Part shown: positions 24,991-37,589 of the stretch, in pieces
Layout: each line of letters starts with the position of its first letter
Numbering within the stretch: position 1 is the first letter of the stretch
Source of the DNA: Felis catus
Lineage: Eukaryota
Reading direction: 5' to 3'
NCBI RefSeq assembly: GCF_018350175.1
Contig: NC_058378.1
Coordinates: 65,348,001 to 65,412,000, forward strand
Length of the DNA: 64,000 nt
Position numbers and translations under genes: made by a program
Notes under the pieces: model-generated
Database searches by the model: none
What the model saw: the letters and a program-made list of their open reading frames with translations, nothing else
Told to the model about the DNA's origin: nothing

Positions 24991-25979
24991 TGTTACATAA
25001 AGAAAGATACAATGGTAAGGTTGGCTATGACCAGAAGAAACTCAAGGGTCCAAATAAGAAGCCACATATTAAGGGTGTACCAGGCCAGAGCATAGGTCAT
25101 CTGACTGCCAATCCAAACAGGCTACCCCAGAACCACAACCTAACTGGGCTACTCTGGTGGAAATGGAGACATCTACAATGGAGAGAGCCAGATCATGAGG
25201 GAGGTTTTAAGCAAAGGGTGCAAATTAGAACCTAGTGTCATATCAGATTTAACATGCATGTGGCTGAAGGTACTATAGGTCTGCTGGCCACTGATCTTAG
25301 CAGGGTTACAACTTTTAAAGGGGTGATGGTAATACAGGCACCAAAAAATAAAGAGCCAGTTTTTTTCCCTGAAATTTAAGAGCATTCATTCTCTTCATTC
25401 TTACCCTAAGACATGTTTATCCTTCCATCAGGCCCAACTTCATCCTTGGATGAGCACCTTGGTTATTGTAGCCTTTGCCATGGATTGGATAGATTATGAC
25501 CCTTCCAAAGTATAATATCAGCTAGAGAATCTGGAAAGTTCATTAAATCTATTTTAGGAATCTGTCAATCTATGCCCATTAATATGGGCTCCCAACTCTT
25601 TGTACCTTGGAGTGTGTGCCATACCATGTGCCCCAAGCCTAAATCCTGTATCCTAACCAAATCTCAGCAGAAACCAGCTATAGCTAAATGTAACAGGATA
25701 AGATACCTGAGTAGGATATCTATCATGGAAGGAAGAGTAAGCCAATGGGACCCCCAAGGTTGGGAATTCAAATAGGGAGATACAGAATTCCAAATGGTGG
25801 ATTTGAGACGTACTGGTAAGTCAGGACTAGGGCTCCTCATATCAGGACATGTGCAAACAGATATATATGAAGTAGAGCCACAGAGAAAGCAGATGAGTAA
25901 AAGAATGGAACAGATGAGGAAAGAAATCCATAGAAACCCTGAGAAAAGGGATTAAATTAAAAAAAAAAAAAAAAAAGGA

Positions 25980-26098
25980 GGGATGTCTGGGTGGTTCAGT
26001 CTGTTGAGTATCTGTTGATTTCATCTCAGGTCGTGATCTCACAGTTGTGAGATCAAGCCCCGTGTCTGGCTCTGTGCTGACTGTGGAGCCTGGTTAAA

Positions 26099-26146
<48 letters not shown>

Positions 26147-26205
26147 CCCCCCTCTTCCCTTCTCTCTAATTAAAACAAAAACAAACAAACAAACAAAAAA
26201 ACAAC
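25980..26205 (+). mobile_element. Can-SINE
   Basis: gtctgggtggttcagtctgttgag head, gagatcaagccccgtgtc, (CT)n and CAAA tail. Confidence 0.92.
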
Positions 26206-26764
26206 CAAGACTTGATCTTCCCAAAGCTTGGTGTTCTGCTTTCCTTGTGTCCCATGAGACTTCCTGGTGGTCCTTCCATCCTCCCTCTGAATTTGAACTT
26301 GTTTGTCTGTCTTGCCTCAAAATGCATCTTGATTAGAAGAGCAGTGTGTGTTTATTATGAAAGTAGAGTTTGAGTAGTCTTTTGAGACATTTTTCATGCT
26401 GTGAGAGTGACTTGAGGACATAAGCAAGAAAATAATTCAATAACTGCCTGGGGCAGTCACAGAGAAACTACCTTTTCCCATTTCATCTAAGGTAGGACAT
26501 GGAACCTTTCCCTAGGAACCCATTTCAATGGTACAGTAGAGGACTTAGAACCCAGTGGATAAGCACAGGGCATGGAAGAGGCACAGAGCAGGCTTTTAAA
26601 TCCAATGTTCAACTATGGGCTATGGTTGCTTCTCTGAACTTCAGTTCCCATACATCTAAGGTAGGGGGAATGAGTACAAATTTTAAAGAGTTTTGTACAC
26701 ATTAAATATAATACAGTCTATAGAGCTTCTAGTCTTTTCCTGGCGCATGGTAGTTAATTTCTGT

Positions 26765-26928
26765 TTGTTCATATGGTGTTTTTGTGTAAATTAGAAAAAG
26801 AAGCCCCTTCCTCTGGGTGGCCAACTTGGCAAGTGGAGTATGGGCAGGATTCCAGACACTAGTTTTCTCCTTGGCTGGGGGCCCTTGTGTGATGTACAAC
26901 TCGCACAACAGTAGATGGGGGCCCCGCG
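26765..26928 (-). mobile_element. MER91A-like hAT MITE
   Basis: atatggtgtttttgtgtaaattagaaaaagaagccccttcctctggg...cccttgtgtgatgtacaac...gcacaac is the reverse of recalled MER91A. Confidence 0.7.
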
Positions 26929-28598
26929 GAGTCTAAAATCATTAACCGATTTATCTTGATGTTTTTGAACATAACACATATCCGAGTGCATTTCCTTCAG
27001 GAAAACAGCACAGATACACACATGGAACTTGCAACTAGTATTTTTTTTTTCATTGTACAAATAGTTTTATTTAAAAAAAAAAAGGATAGTACAGGGTGAA
27101 AATAAAAGTGTCATCAAGGTTTCCAGATGGATAGGAAAATCAATGCAATTCCTGGTGCTGCCAATATCACCAATTATATCTCATTGGGTGTAATCAAAAG
27201 TGGTTTGCACTCACCTATTACAGATTATTTTTTTCACCTGATGCTTGGTCACTTGTCACCTCAACCACTGAACCGGAAGCAGGATAAAATTAAACACACA
27301 TCCATGTCTCCTAAAATCATGCCTACCAGCTGGGGAGTAGTCAATCTATCAAGTATACTGAGTACATAATTCAAATTAAAATCAGAGGGAAAAATGCTTT
27401 GCTTAATTTCATATATGTGAAGAGTGAGGTTATCGACAGATTTATGACATTCAACATGCTGACACTTTCCACTCGCTGACATTTTTTACTCATTTCCGAT
27501 TGAGGACAGGAAGATCAGTTAATCTTAAGGCCGTTTGGATGATTTTTCCCTGGGTCTCGACAGAGCTTAAATCTGTCAGAGAGAAATTTATTCAACCTGA
27601 TTTGATGTTACAAATGGTAGTGGTCTGAGGCCCTGAGCTGCAGCAGTTGTAAAAGTGACAGACTTCCCCAAGTGGCATTTATAGAGGTCAACACCATAAA
27701 AGGGTCTTGTGACGCACAACCCCAGACTGAGGGCACTGCTCAGCCATGCTGTGTTCTCTTTTGACAGCGGGCAGAGGGAGGGAGGTGATAGTAAAAAGAA
27801 CTCAGAACCATATGATCCCCTCACCCCCAGATCAAAAGGGACAGGGAGAATTTTTTTTAAAGAAGGTCTTCCAGTCAAGGCTGAGAACTTAGGAATATCA
27901 TTTGGGGGAAATGCAAGGGAAAATATTTTGTTGCAAAGCTGACAACTCCCAGCTGGGTGTGTCGAAGGATTCTAGAGTAAAGACATGCAGGAAAGCTCCA
28001 GTGGGTGATGAAGACCATGAGAAAGCTGAGAATGGCAATGCACCTGTAAACTGGGACTCCAGGTTTTCTTTCCATCTCTGTGCCTTGTAAAGTAGCATTC
28101 CAGCCCCCAATTCCAAACATGAGAGAAAGTACCCCCAATTCCAAACATGAGAGAAAGTAGTAAGTTTTCCAAGAGATAAGTCTAAAGGTGCCTAGCACAC
28201 AGGAGGGGGTCAAAAAGGGGTCCTCCCCCTTTCCTCAGGAAAAACACCCTGTTCTTCTCCTACTAGTAATGAACAGGGAAGAATTGGTTCTGCCCAAAGA
28301 GGAGCTAAACTTGCAAATTCCAGACGCCATGACAGAAAAGCACCCTCTCACCAGGACGTAGAGCTTAGCAACCATCCCATCCTCTGCCACCCCACCTCCA
28401 AAAGCCAGGCAAATACTTGCCTCAATGAGCAGAGAAGTACTTCACTGATTTGCCACACTAAGGACGCATCTGTCTCCCGGATCACAGTCCTATAGGAGAC
28501 AGGGATTTGGGACGCTAGAGTAGCCAAAATAAGCAGGAGGAGGAAGGAACAAATCAACAAGACATTGCAATTTCCCAAGCCTCAATGAAATTCACATT

Positions 28599-28772
28599 TC
28601 TTTTTTGAGCGAGAGGGCACAACTGAGCGAGGGGCAGAGGGAGAGAGAGAGAGAAGAGGGGTTTACCCCAAGCAGGGCTGTGTTCACCGGATGTGGGACT
28701 CGAACTCAGGAACCATGAGATCATGACCTGAGCCAAAGTCCGATGCTTAATGACTGAGCCACCCGGGCACCC
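28599..28772 (-). mobile_element. Can-SINE
   Basis: Reverse head gactgagccacccgggcaccc. TSD aaattcacatt at 28588-28598 and 28774-28784. Confidence 0.93.
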
Positions 28773-29199
28773 AAAATTCACATTCTTTATAGAAAAACAA
28801 GACACCACTTGCCAGATATTTCCTCATTATCACAAATATGTCATTAAACAGTAACACAAAGACACTTAAATCTTACTAAAATATGAGGTAGAAAAAGCTG
28901 AAGTGTAAATTTGGAGTTTTAAGTTGAACAGGAATGGCACAACGCGGAGAAAGTGGTAATCTTTTTCAAAAGGAAAAAAATAAATGAAGATGGGGAGAAA
29001 TGAGAAGACGTATTGCTAAGAGTAATTCCCTGACTTTTATTTGTAAGCAAAAGAGCAGGTTGAGTGCACAAAGCAGCTGACAGATGACACTGTCTGTCTT
29101 CAAGACTGTCATGAAATCCTCTCCCTAATTGTGAGACTCCTGTGATTTAAGATGACTTTAAGGTTCCTAGTTGTTTTGGAATGCATCCTGCCTGAATTG

Positions 29200-29400
29200 G
29201 AACTCTAGAATAAGACTTCGTAGATGTGAGACCATGGGCAGGTCACCCTGACTCTCCAAGTTTCAGATTCCTCCTTCCTAATGCTAGTAATGAACTCATG
29301 AGACTTTGTGAGGAGTAAACAAGATTGCATACACAGAGTACTTACCCAGGTGCTTGAGTCATATGTATTATTCTATTATTACTATTGTTATTGTTGTTAA
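29200..29400 (+). mobile_element. MIR
   Basis: gatgtgagaccatgggcaggtcac...tttcagattcctc...ttgtgaggagtaaacaagat. Confidence 0.65.
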
Positions 29401-29568
29401 TATTCTGGAATATTTATTAATCCAGAAACAGAAACAGTCATAAACAGCCTTCAGTGGGAAGATGTCAAAATGCATCATAGTTTACTTTGCATTTGCCTAG
29501 GTGGTTGTCAGCTGGGAGTTGGTCAGTTAGAACTTAGGCACTTCCAGAATGGTCTAAGCCTACTTAAA

Positions 29569-29740
29569 TCTTATTTATTTAGAGAGAGGGAGAGAAGGTG
29601 AGGCAGAGAGAGAGTAAGAATCTCAAGCAGGCTCCACCTGTCAGCGCAGAGCCAGATGCTGGGCTCGAACCCTGTGAGATCATGACCTGAGCCAAAGCCA
29701 AGAGTCAGACACTTAACGGACTGAGCCACCCAGGTGCCCC
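29569..29740 (-). mobile_element. Can-SINE
   Basis: Reverse head gactgagccacccaggtgcccc. 16-bp TSD tctaagcctacttaaa at 29553-29568 and 29744-29759. Confidence 0.96.
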
Positions 29741-30140
29741 AAATCTAAGCCTACTTAAAAGGAATGAAGGTTATGGAATTTGTAGCCAGAAACCACCAAG
29801 AGTGGAGAAGCTGCCCTAACAGAGGCTGCTTGGGGAATTAAATAACTTTAGGGCATCATTCAACTCTCCATCAACAGAAGATGACTGATCTAAAGTCCCT
29901 GATGCCAAATAACCTAATGGGTTTAGGGTCCTCTGCGGGGGAGGCAGAGGCTCTATGAATAAATGAAACTCCAAACCACACAGGCAGGCAGCTGCAGGCT
30001 TTCATGAGCATTAATTTTGCTTAATATTACCAATTTTAAATTCTGCAAATACATACAAGCATAACAAATAGAAAAGCACAAAGTGATCATTAGGGTTATA
30101 ATGTGTGTGTGAATATGCGATCAGAATAGGCACACTGCAA

Positions 30141-30280
30141 NNNNNNNNNNNNNNNNNNNNNNNNNNNNNNNNNNNNNNNNNNNNNNNNNNNNNNNNNNNN
30201 NNNNNNNNNNNNNNNNNNNNNNNNNNNNNNNNNNNNNNNNNNNNNNNNNNNNNNNNNNNNNNNNNNNNNNNNNNNNNNNN
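30141..30280. other. Assembly gap (140 N)
   Basis: Run of n. Confidence 1.
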
Positions 30281-30659
30281 GGGTCCAAATTAGGGACAAG
30301 AGCAGGGGGGAAAACTGGAATTAACAACAAATGATGGGTCATTTTCCTCTCAAGCTGTAATGATGCTTTGCTAAATAACACATTTTCCCCTGAACCCTAT
30401 TTTAAACACTGCACAATCCTCTCTAAAAGGAACTGATTATTACTACTACATCAATTATTTTGAGTTGGGTGACCTACGCATTGCCATGACCCAGAATGAA
30501 CTTGGGTCCTTCAAAAGCCTCCTCTAGAGCATTCACATTTCAATTAGCCCTGAAAACTGAATTACTTGCTTTCTAGGTGTCAGTGAAACAGGGTAGGGAG
30601 GTAGAACATCCACTCTGCAAGATTGCCCATTTTAAAGTCGTGACCCTTTCATGAAGGAA

Positions 30660-30860
30660 CACAGGGTATCTTCATGGTGAAAGGAATGAGCTCTGGAGCC
30701 AGACAGACCTGCTTTGAACCTCTGCTGCATATTAGGCTGAATAACCTTTGGGCAAGTTACTTAACGTCTTTGAGTCTAGGATTCTTCATATTTAAAATAG
30801 AGGTGCCAGTAGCACCTACTTTTAGGGTTCTTGGCAAGAGTATTTATGTTTATTAACAAA
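30660..30860 (+). mobile_element. MIR
   Basis: gctctggagccagacagacctg...ctttgggcaagttacttaac...ttcttcat. Confidence 0.8.
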
Positions 30861-32285
30861 TGAATAAATTCAGAATAAGAACAACAACAACAAAGGTAGA
30901 ATGTGAAGAATGAAAAGAAAAATCCAGACACATCCTTCAATAAAAGATCTGAGATAGGATAGTCTAGATGAATCCTTCCCATAATCTGAATCTCTCCTTC
31001 TGGAAGTTAATAAAAATGTCTCAGTCAGGAAAAATGTGAATTTGAAAAGGACAAAAGTCATCTTCTGCAGCCTGAACTCCAAAGACTACCAGGGTAACAA
31101 TAATCCACTATTTTTTTTGTATTGATGTTGGTTTGTAGTGTTGGTCATGATGGCTTCCTCAGTGTGAGTGTCGGGGGGGGGGGGTGGTATATGTGTGTTA
31201 AAAAACAAAAAGCAAAGCAAAACAAAACAAAAAAACAAAACCTTAACCTCCCCAGACAAAGAAATGGAGAGTTGGGACATTGGCTGTTTTCTTTAGCAGA
31301 GAAAGTTTTCAGCTGGAAAGTTTTCAGCTGGAAAGACTTCAGAGAAAGTCCTTGTCCTTTTCGTTCAGTTACAAGGCATAATTGTAGGGGAAGTTACAAC
31401 AAAAGAGCCTAATGCAACTTAAAGGGCTTTTAATAACCACTGTGACCACACACATCCTCAGAACCATGAGGGAAGCACCTCATTCCATCCCAGGCCTGCT
31501 GGGATCTCTGCTCACATTACCAGATAGCTTCTTTTAGAGGCACTTCCTCTCTGCATTGTGGTGAAATGGGCCAGCTAATTTGGTCCCCAGAGATGTGTTT
31601 GGACCTCATGAAACTACACTTCAGTGAGAAAAAAACAGCACCAAAAATGCCACCCAGGCCTCCCCTCTAATGAAGATATCATTGCACGACTGCCATGAGG
31701 TCTGTCAGCAGAAGGAACCTTCAGTGATTCCCCCAGTGGGAGACAGCTGACCCACCAAGTCACGTCCCTTTCAAGGCGGCCAATATCCAGTGACTGATCA
31801 ACACATCAATACATCTCAGCCCAACGTGGACAGCTGTGAAGGGCCATGTGAGCTCCAGAGGTGCCTATGGGATCAGCCACGGCCGTTGTTGGGCCTGTAC
31901 CCCAACTTGGTTTCTGCTTCATCCAGCTTCTCTGCTGTGTTTTCCACAGGTGACTATGAAGGCATATAAATATCCCACACACAGAACTGTTAATCAGAAC
32001 CCATGCTGCTACAGTGAGCGTATATTTATTTGTCTTCTAAACAAGGACACTATAGAGAGGAATCAGAGTTCTTAGTAATTTTACTGGGACGAGTGACTTA
32101 ATGAATACTGTTCTCAGCAAACAGGAACTATGGTAATTCTGAATTACCACAGCTAAAGCAGGGAATGAATTTGGTTAGGGTTTCATACTGTGGAAACTGA
32201 CACAGGAGGCAGGATATGAACCCTTTATTAGTTAAACTTTCTGCCATTGAAAAAAACACAAAATTTTTTACATCTTAGAAGTTAA

Positions 32286-32505
32286 GGGGCGTCTTGGTGG
32301 CTCAGTTCGTCGAGCATCCGACTTTGGCTGAGATAATTATCTCATGGTTTGTGAGTTTGAGCCCCATGTTGGGCTCTGTGCTGACAGCTCAGAGCCTGGA
32401 GCCTGCTTTGACTGCCCTGTCTCCCCCTCTCTCTGCCCCTCCCCTGTACACATTCTCTCTCGCTTGCTCGCTCTCTCAAAAATAAATTAAAATTTTTTTT
32501 AAAAT
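32286..32505 (+). mobile_element. Can-SINE (SINEC_Fc-type)
   Basis: ggggcgtcttggtggctcag head, ctgtgctgacagctcagagcctggagcc, A-tail. Confidence 0.94.
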
Positions 32506-33499
32506 TAAAGAAAGCTAACATGTTCATTATGAAATTTTAAGCTATGCAGGGGAGTACAGAATAAAACAGAACACAAAAGAAATCACCTAATATAGCTTCT
32601 CCTCATGAGGGGGAAAATATTAGTATTTTAGTATGATGAAAATCATTCTAGCCATCACTTTGTTCATAAGGAATAAATGGATAGATGAGTGAATGGGTGC
32701 ATACATAGACTGAATAACTTTATGACACTAGAATCATATACTACAGTTTTTAAAAATATATATGCAATTAATGATACACAAAGATGCATATTTATATATG
32801 TGTGCCTAAATGCTTTATTTGTTAGACAAAAAGAAACTAATTAAAAGTTAAAGGAAAGTTTTAATTTCCAGTAAACATTTCTTCACCACAGGAAGATGAG
32901 CTCCTATTCCATATCTCCAGGGCCCTGCAAAGCTGCATGCCAGGCCCATTCAGACATGACCACAGTCCATTCAGTATCACTTGAGTTAAGGAAAAGGTCT
33001 GCCTGGCAGGGATGGTCGCAGTTTATTCCTCTTGCCCAAGCATAATTATTAAAACGCACTTATTTCACTTTCAAAAGTTACAAATTTAAAAAAAAATTCT
33101 ATATTTTATATTTTAATTGTAGTTTTTTTTTAATTTTCAAAAAACTTTTTGAAATTATTGCTACTACTTAAAACCAAGAATCTGTCACAGTTTACCAGCC
33201 TTGGTAAAGAGTTACAGTTTACTACGAAAATATCATTATTGTGCCAAAAAGAAAAGACTTGGTTCTATTTTTAATTATATGGCAATGTATTCTCCTAGTT
33301 ATTTTAATCATTTTCAGAATTGAGACAGAAGGAGAACACTCGAAATTCTGCTTCCACTATTTCAAACCAGATGTGAAGCATGTTGAATTCAAATTTAGAG
33401 AAGGACTTTCTGAAGTGCCAGGTATAACTTTGGGAGTAGGATAAACTCTACCATGAAGTCATTGTCTGTATTGAAGAATTTTACCCAATTTAGACAGCA

Positions 33500-33690
33500 G
33501 GGAAAAAGAGCAAATGTATGGATACAGTTGGATGTGTCATATCTCTGTGATATTGGCTAAGTTACTTATATTTCAGAGTCCTCAGTTTCCATGTCTTTAA
33601 AATGGGGATAATAGTAGTACTTCCCTTGTATGATTATTAGAACTGTTAAATGAGACTCCCTATAAGAAGATTATAGCGCAGGGTGACATA
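33500..33690 (+). mobile_element. MIR
   Basis: ctgtgatattggctaagttactt...cctcagtttcc...aaaatggggataatagtagtac. Confidence 0.75.
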
Positions 33691-34372
33691 GAACTCTCTC
33701 TCCCTCTCTCTCTACACGCCCAAAGGATAGAGTCAAGTCTCCATTTCAACATGCTTTGAAAACTTTGTATGTATGAGTGTTTTCCAGTGTGTGACCCTGG
33801 AATGCTGGAGTAAAACTCATCTGGGATACTTATTTCTAAAGAGGATTCTGAGGCTCTAACTCAGACCAGTCTTGGGCAAGAGAAGAGGAGTAAGAACCAA
33901 CAGTGAAAATAATTCTCCTCGTGATTTTTATGTGGATGGTTTACAGACCACATTCTGAGAAACACAAGATGTATTTGGGAAGCAGCATGATTAAAGCACG
34001 TCCAGGAAGGATGGGTCCACAGGAATAGGTCAGGTATTGCTGGTATTTCTGGCTAATCCAGCTCCTCTGAGAACCTGTGAGATCTGCCATCTCGGGAATA
34101 GAGGATAAGGCCCTTATTGGAATGCACAGCAAAGGTTGGGAATTCTACTGATTCATACTAGGCTAGGCTTAACTGAACAGGTGGTGTGGGCAGGTGAGGG
34201 CAAAAGGAACGCCGCCTCATTGTATTTTAGGGTCCAGTTAGTTTAAACAAGTAAATCAGAGAAAATAAGCACTTGCCTAGGAAAAGCTTTAATAGGCTCT
34301 GTGTCTTCAGAACCCAGGCTTTGCCTGGAGGTGAGAACTGACCACTACAGTACCTCTAAGACTTGAGCTAGA

Positions 34373-35095
34373 TGTAGGCAGAATAATGACCTGCCAAAGT
34401 TGTCCATGTTGTAGTCCCTTCAACTTGGGAATGGGTAAGCTTCAGCCAAAGAGAAATTAAGGTTGCAAATGGAATTAAAGTTGCCAATAAACTAAACTGT
34501 AGGTAGGAAGATGATCTTTGATTGCCCAGGTTGATTCACTATAATCCCAAGGGTCCTTAAATGTGAAAAGGAAGAGAGTAGATCTTAAATGTTCTCAACA
34601 AACACACACAGAAACACACACACTCATGCACAATGATAACTATCTGGGAGTGATGGATATGTTAATCGACTTAATTGTGGTAAATATTTCAAAACCCATA
34701 AAAACATCAAAACATCACATTGTACATGCAAATGTACACAACATTTTTTGCTTCTCAGTTATACCTCAATAAAGCTGGGGAAAAATGTGGGAAAGTGAGG
34801 CAGAAGTGTCAGAGTGATGTGATGTGAGAACAATTGTACTCCCCATTGCTGGCTTTGCAAATGATAGGGAGCCACAAGCCAGGGAACGTGGATAGCCTCT
34901 AGAAGCTGGAAGAGACAGGGATGGATTCTCCTTCAAAGCCTCCGTAGGGAATGTGGGTCTGTCAGCACCTTGATTTCAGCTCAGTGAGACCAGTTTGGAC
35001 CCATGGCCATCAAAATTGAAAGATAATAAATTTGCATTGTTTTAAGCCACTAAATTTTTTGCAATTTGTTACAGCAGCAATAGGAAACTAATATA
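34373..35095 (+). mobile_element. MaLR solo LTR (MLT1D-like) interrupted by an L1 3' end
   Basis: tgtaggcagaataatg...aattaaggttgcaaatggaattaa...caagggtccttaaa / ...gagccacaagccagggaac...ttttaagccactaaattt...gcagcaataggaaactaata. Confidence 0.9.
34566..34782 (+). mobile_element. L1MA8/9-like 3' terminus
   Basis: agagagtagatcttaaatgttctca...gtgatggatatgttaat...tcagttatacctcaataaagctgggg. Possible TSD aaatgtg at 34559-34565 and 34783-34789. Confidence 0.85.
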
Positions 35096-35139
35096 AACCC
35101 CGAGATCCTTAGAAGTTTCAAAGACATCAAAGAACTTGT

Positions 35140-35380
35140 GAATAAAAACATGGGCTTTGGAAGCATCCTGCTTAAGGCTGAATCCTAGTGCTTTCAATTA
35201 TTTGCTATGAGACTCCGAGACAAGCACTTTATTTTTCCGAACCTTTATTTCCTATTCTCTAAAATAAGGATAATAATAATACTTACCTCATAGAGTTTCT
35301 GGGAATCCTAAATGTAAGCATCTGTACACATTTATTCATTACACTGCCTAGCCTGGAGTGAGGGCTTAATAAATTTTAAA
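35140..35380 (+). mobile_element. MIR
   Basis: atgggctttggaag...tgaatcctag...aaaataaggataataataatacttacctcatagagtt. Confidence 0.75.
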
Positions 35381-36159
35381 AATCTGGAAAAATAGAGCCA
35401 TTAGTCAAGCACCGGGCTCCCAATCACATTTAGAAACCTTGCCAAATAAATGATTAAAGTTGATGGACAAAATATTTTTAAAGTACTGAAATAGCACCTA
35501 GTAATGAATTAAAGAGACATCACCTGTGGTTTTAGGTAGCTCACCCAAGCAAATGGAAGAATTTTCTATGGAACTATCTCCCTTTACTGCATCAGAACTG
35601 AACACACTGGTAAGTTGTATCCAATATTGTCCTGATTGTTCTATATTGGAGGACACATATTCTGTTAGAATGTAATAAGGCTGCCAACAGTTGAGCACTG
35701 AGCTTTGAGAAGGAGCTAGTGGTGGATTGTCTGCTTCTTCCCACAAGGAGGGCTGAGCATGGGAAAAAGTCCATTATCACAATGACATCTTAGTCTTGAG
35801 TACATCCCAGCTCATTGCTGTTAAAGCCTTATCAGAGGCCTCAGGTTGCTATGGGAGAACAATAGCCCAAAGAAGGAAACAGAAGGGTTCTCCAGAAGAT
35901 ATATAAAAGGATTAATGTCCTTAAGTGGACCCACATATGGATGAAGGTTCATTGTCCTTGGCTCCTTCTTTCCTTACTTTGGTTTGAGCTATGTTTTAGA
36001 GTTTCATAACAAGCTGATCTCAGTGCCTGACATATTGTATTCTGGCCAGTAGTATGCTTGTATAGTACTTATATAACACTTAATATTCTGACTATGTAAT
36101 ATTCTTCATGGTTCAGAGTAAAATAAGAAGATTAAGGAAAGAATCCTCATTTTCACTGT

Positions 36160-36500
36160 TGTCTTTCATCCACCAAGCTGAAAATACCAGAAAACTCAGC
36201 TCAAACTGTTTTTGTTAAAACAGGGAAATCATTCATTTTCATTTAAAAAACAAGATGCTATTTTTAGGCATGGCTACATCCAAAAAGCTGCAGTGATGTT
36301 ATCAGGACCCTGTTTTTCTCTAGGTCTACTTGCCAGTTCGCTGTGCTTGCTCCACAGTGGGCTCTCTCTATCTGATCCCCCCTGGCAACCCTGTCTTAGA
36401 TTGTTCCTGCTTCCTGTCCAATAGTGAGGAAAGATTTTTCTTTGTCAGTACGTCCATATTGGGCCAACTGGGTCAAGTGCTCATTCCTTAACCAACATCT
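36160..36500 (-). mobile_element. Old MaLR LTR fragment (MLT1I/J/K-like)
   Basis: cagaaaactcagctcaaactg...ttaggcatggctacatcca...ttgggccaactgggtcaagtgctcattccttaacca. Confidence 0.5.
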
Positions 36501-36529
36501 GTGATACCCTTGTATTCACCAAATCTTTT

Positions 36530-37343
36530 GTGAAGACAAAAGATCAGATTTCTACTTTAGTTCCTAAGTGTATTTTCTTGAGAAGAAGGCTCTAAGCTTT
36601 AAAGAGCTCCTCAATATGTTCTATGACAAGATGGACTTAATGTTCCCCTCACCTTCACTAAATTTTAAATAGGTTTCTTCTTGAATATAGGCACTTGGAT
36701 TTCCTTTTCTTGGAACATTACCTTTAGAAAACTTAAAATTGTAAAACTTTTCTCTTTTCCCAGACTTTTGCTAGCTTCATAACCCAGGTCTTTCTCAAGG
36801 ACCTGGGAGACATCCCTTTGAAATGTAATCATCAAGAAAGATAGTGACCCTATCCCCCAGTCCCTGTGAGAGGGTAGCAGCTTAATTTCTATCAGGAACA
36901 ATTAGAAAACTAATAGGACTTCACATTGACCAACCTCCACCCGAACATCTCTTAGTACTTTCACAGCTTACTCCAAAAGTTAAAACTTCCATACCTTGTG
37001 TTTCAGGGGAATTGAGTTCAATTTCTCTCCCCTATTACAGTAACTCTTTTTTTTAAGTTCATTTATTTATTTTTAAGAGAGAGAGCAGGGCAAGGGGCAG
37101 AGAGAGAGAGGGAGAGAGAAAATCCCAAATAGGTTCCATGCTGCCAGCGCAGAGCCCAATGAAGGGCTCAAACTCATGAACCACCAAATCATGACCAGAG
37201 CCAAAATCAAGAGTCAGATGCTGGCTGAGCATCTGAGACTCTGACTGAGCCACCCAGGCACCCCTACAGGAAATCTTGAATAAAATCTTCCTTGCCTGTT
37301 TAACGTTATCTGGTGTATTTTTTGTGTTGTCTAACTTTAAAAC
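36530..37343 (+). mobile_element. ERV1 solo LTR (MER34A-like) with SINE insertion
   Basis: tttagaaaactt...ttgtaaa...tctttctcaaggacctgggagacatccctttgaaatgtaatcatcaagaaagatag...ttgagttcaatttctctcccctatt / tcttgaataaaatcttccttgcctgtttaac. Confidence 0.8.
37048..37264 (-). mobile_element. Can-SINE
   Basis: Reverse head gactgagccacccaggcacccc and T-tail. Confidence 0.95.
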
Positions 37344-37589
37344 AGTTAGAAACTGATATAAACCTAAGATCCTCTACATACAGATATAAGGTATAAGATG
37401 TCAGGGATCCTGAACCATTAAAGTCCCAGATCCTTTCTATAATATTTGCCCAACAATCTCCTGGAATGTTTTTTGTTTCCTCATCAATAAAATAGAAATA
37501 ATAAAACTTGCTCTTATAAGGACCCTACTCAACTCCACTTTCCAAACACCATTTACATTTATTAATGGTTGTTTGGTATCTGGTTTCCA

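Noticed and set aside
27588-28213. Cluster of overlapping 60-112 aa ORFs
   Set aside because: No recognisable protein. Higher GC lowers stop frequency, and one ORF runs through the 28-bp duplication.
30096-30381. ORFs containing X runs
   Set aside because: Artefacts of the N gap.
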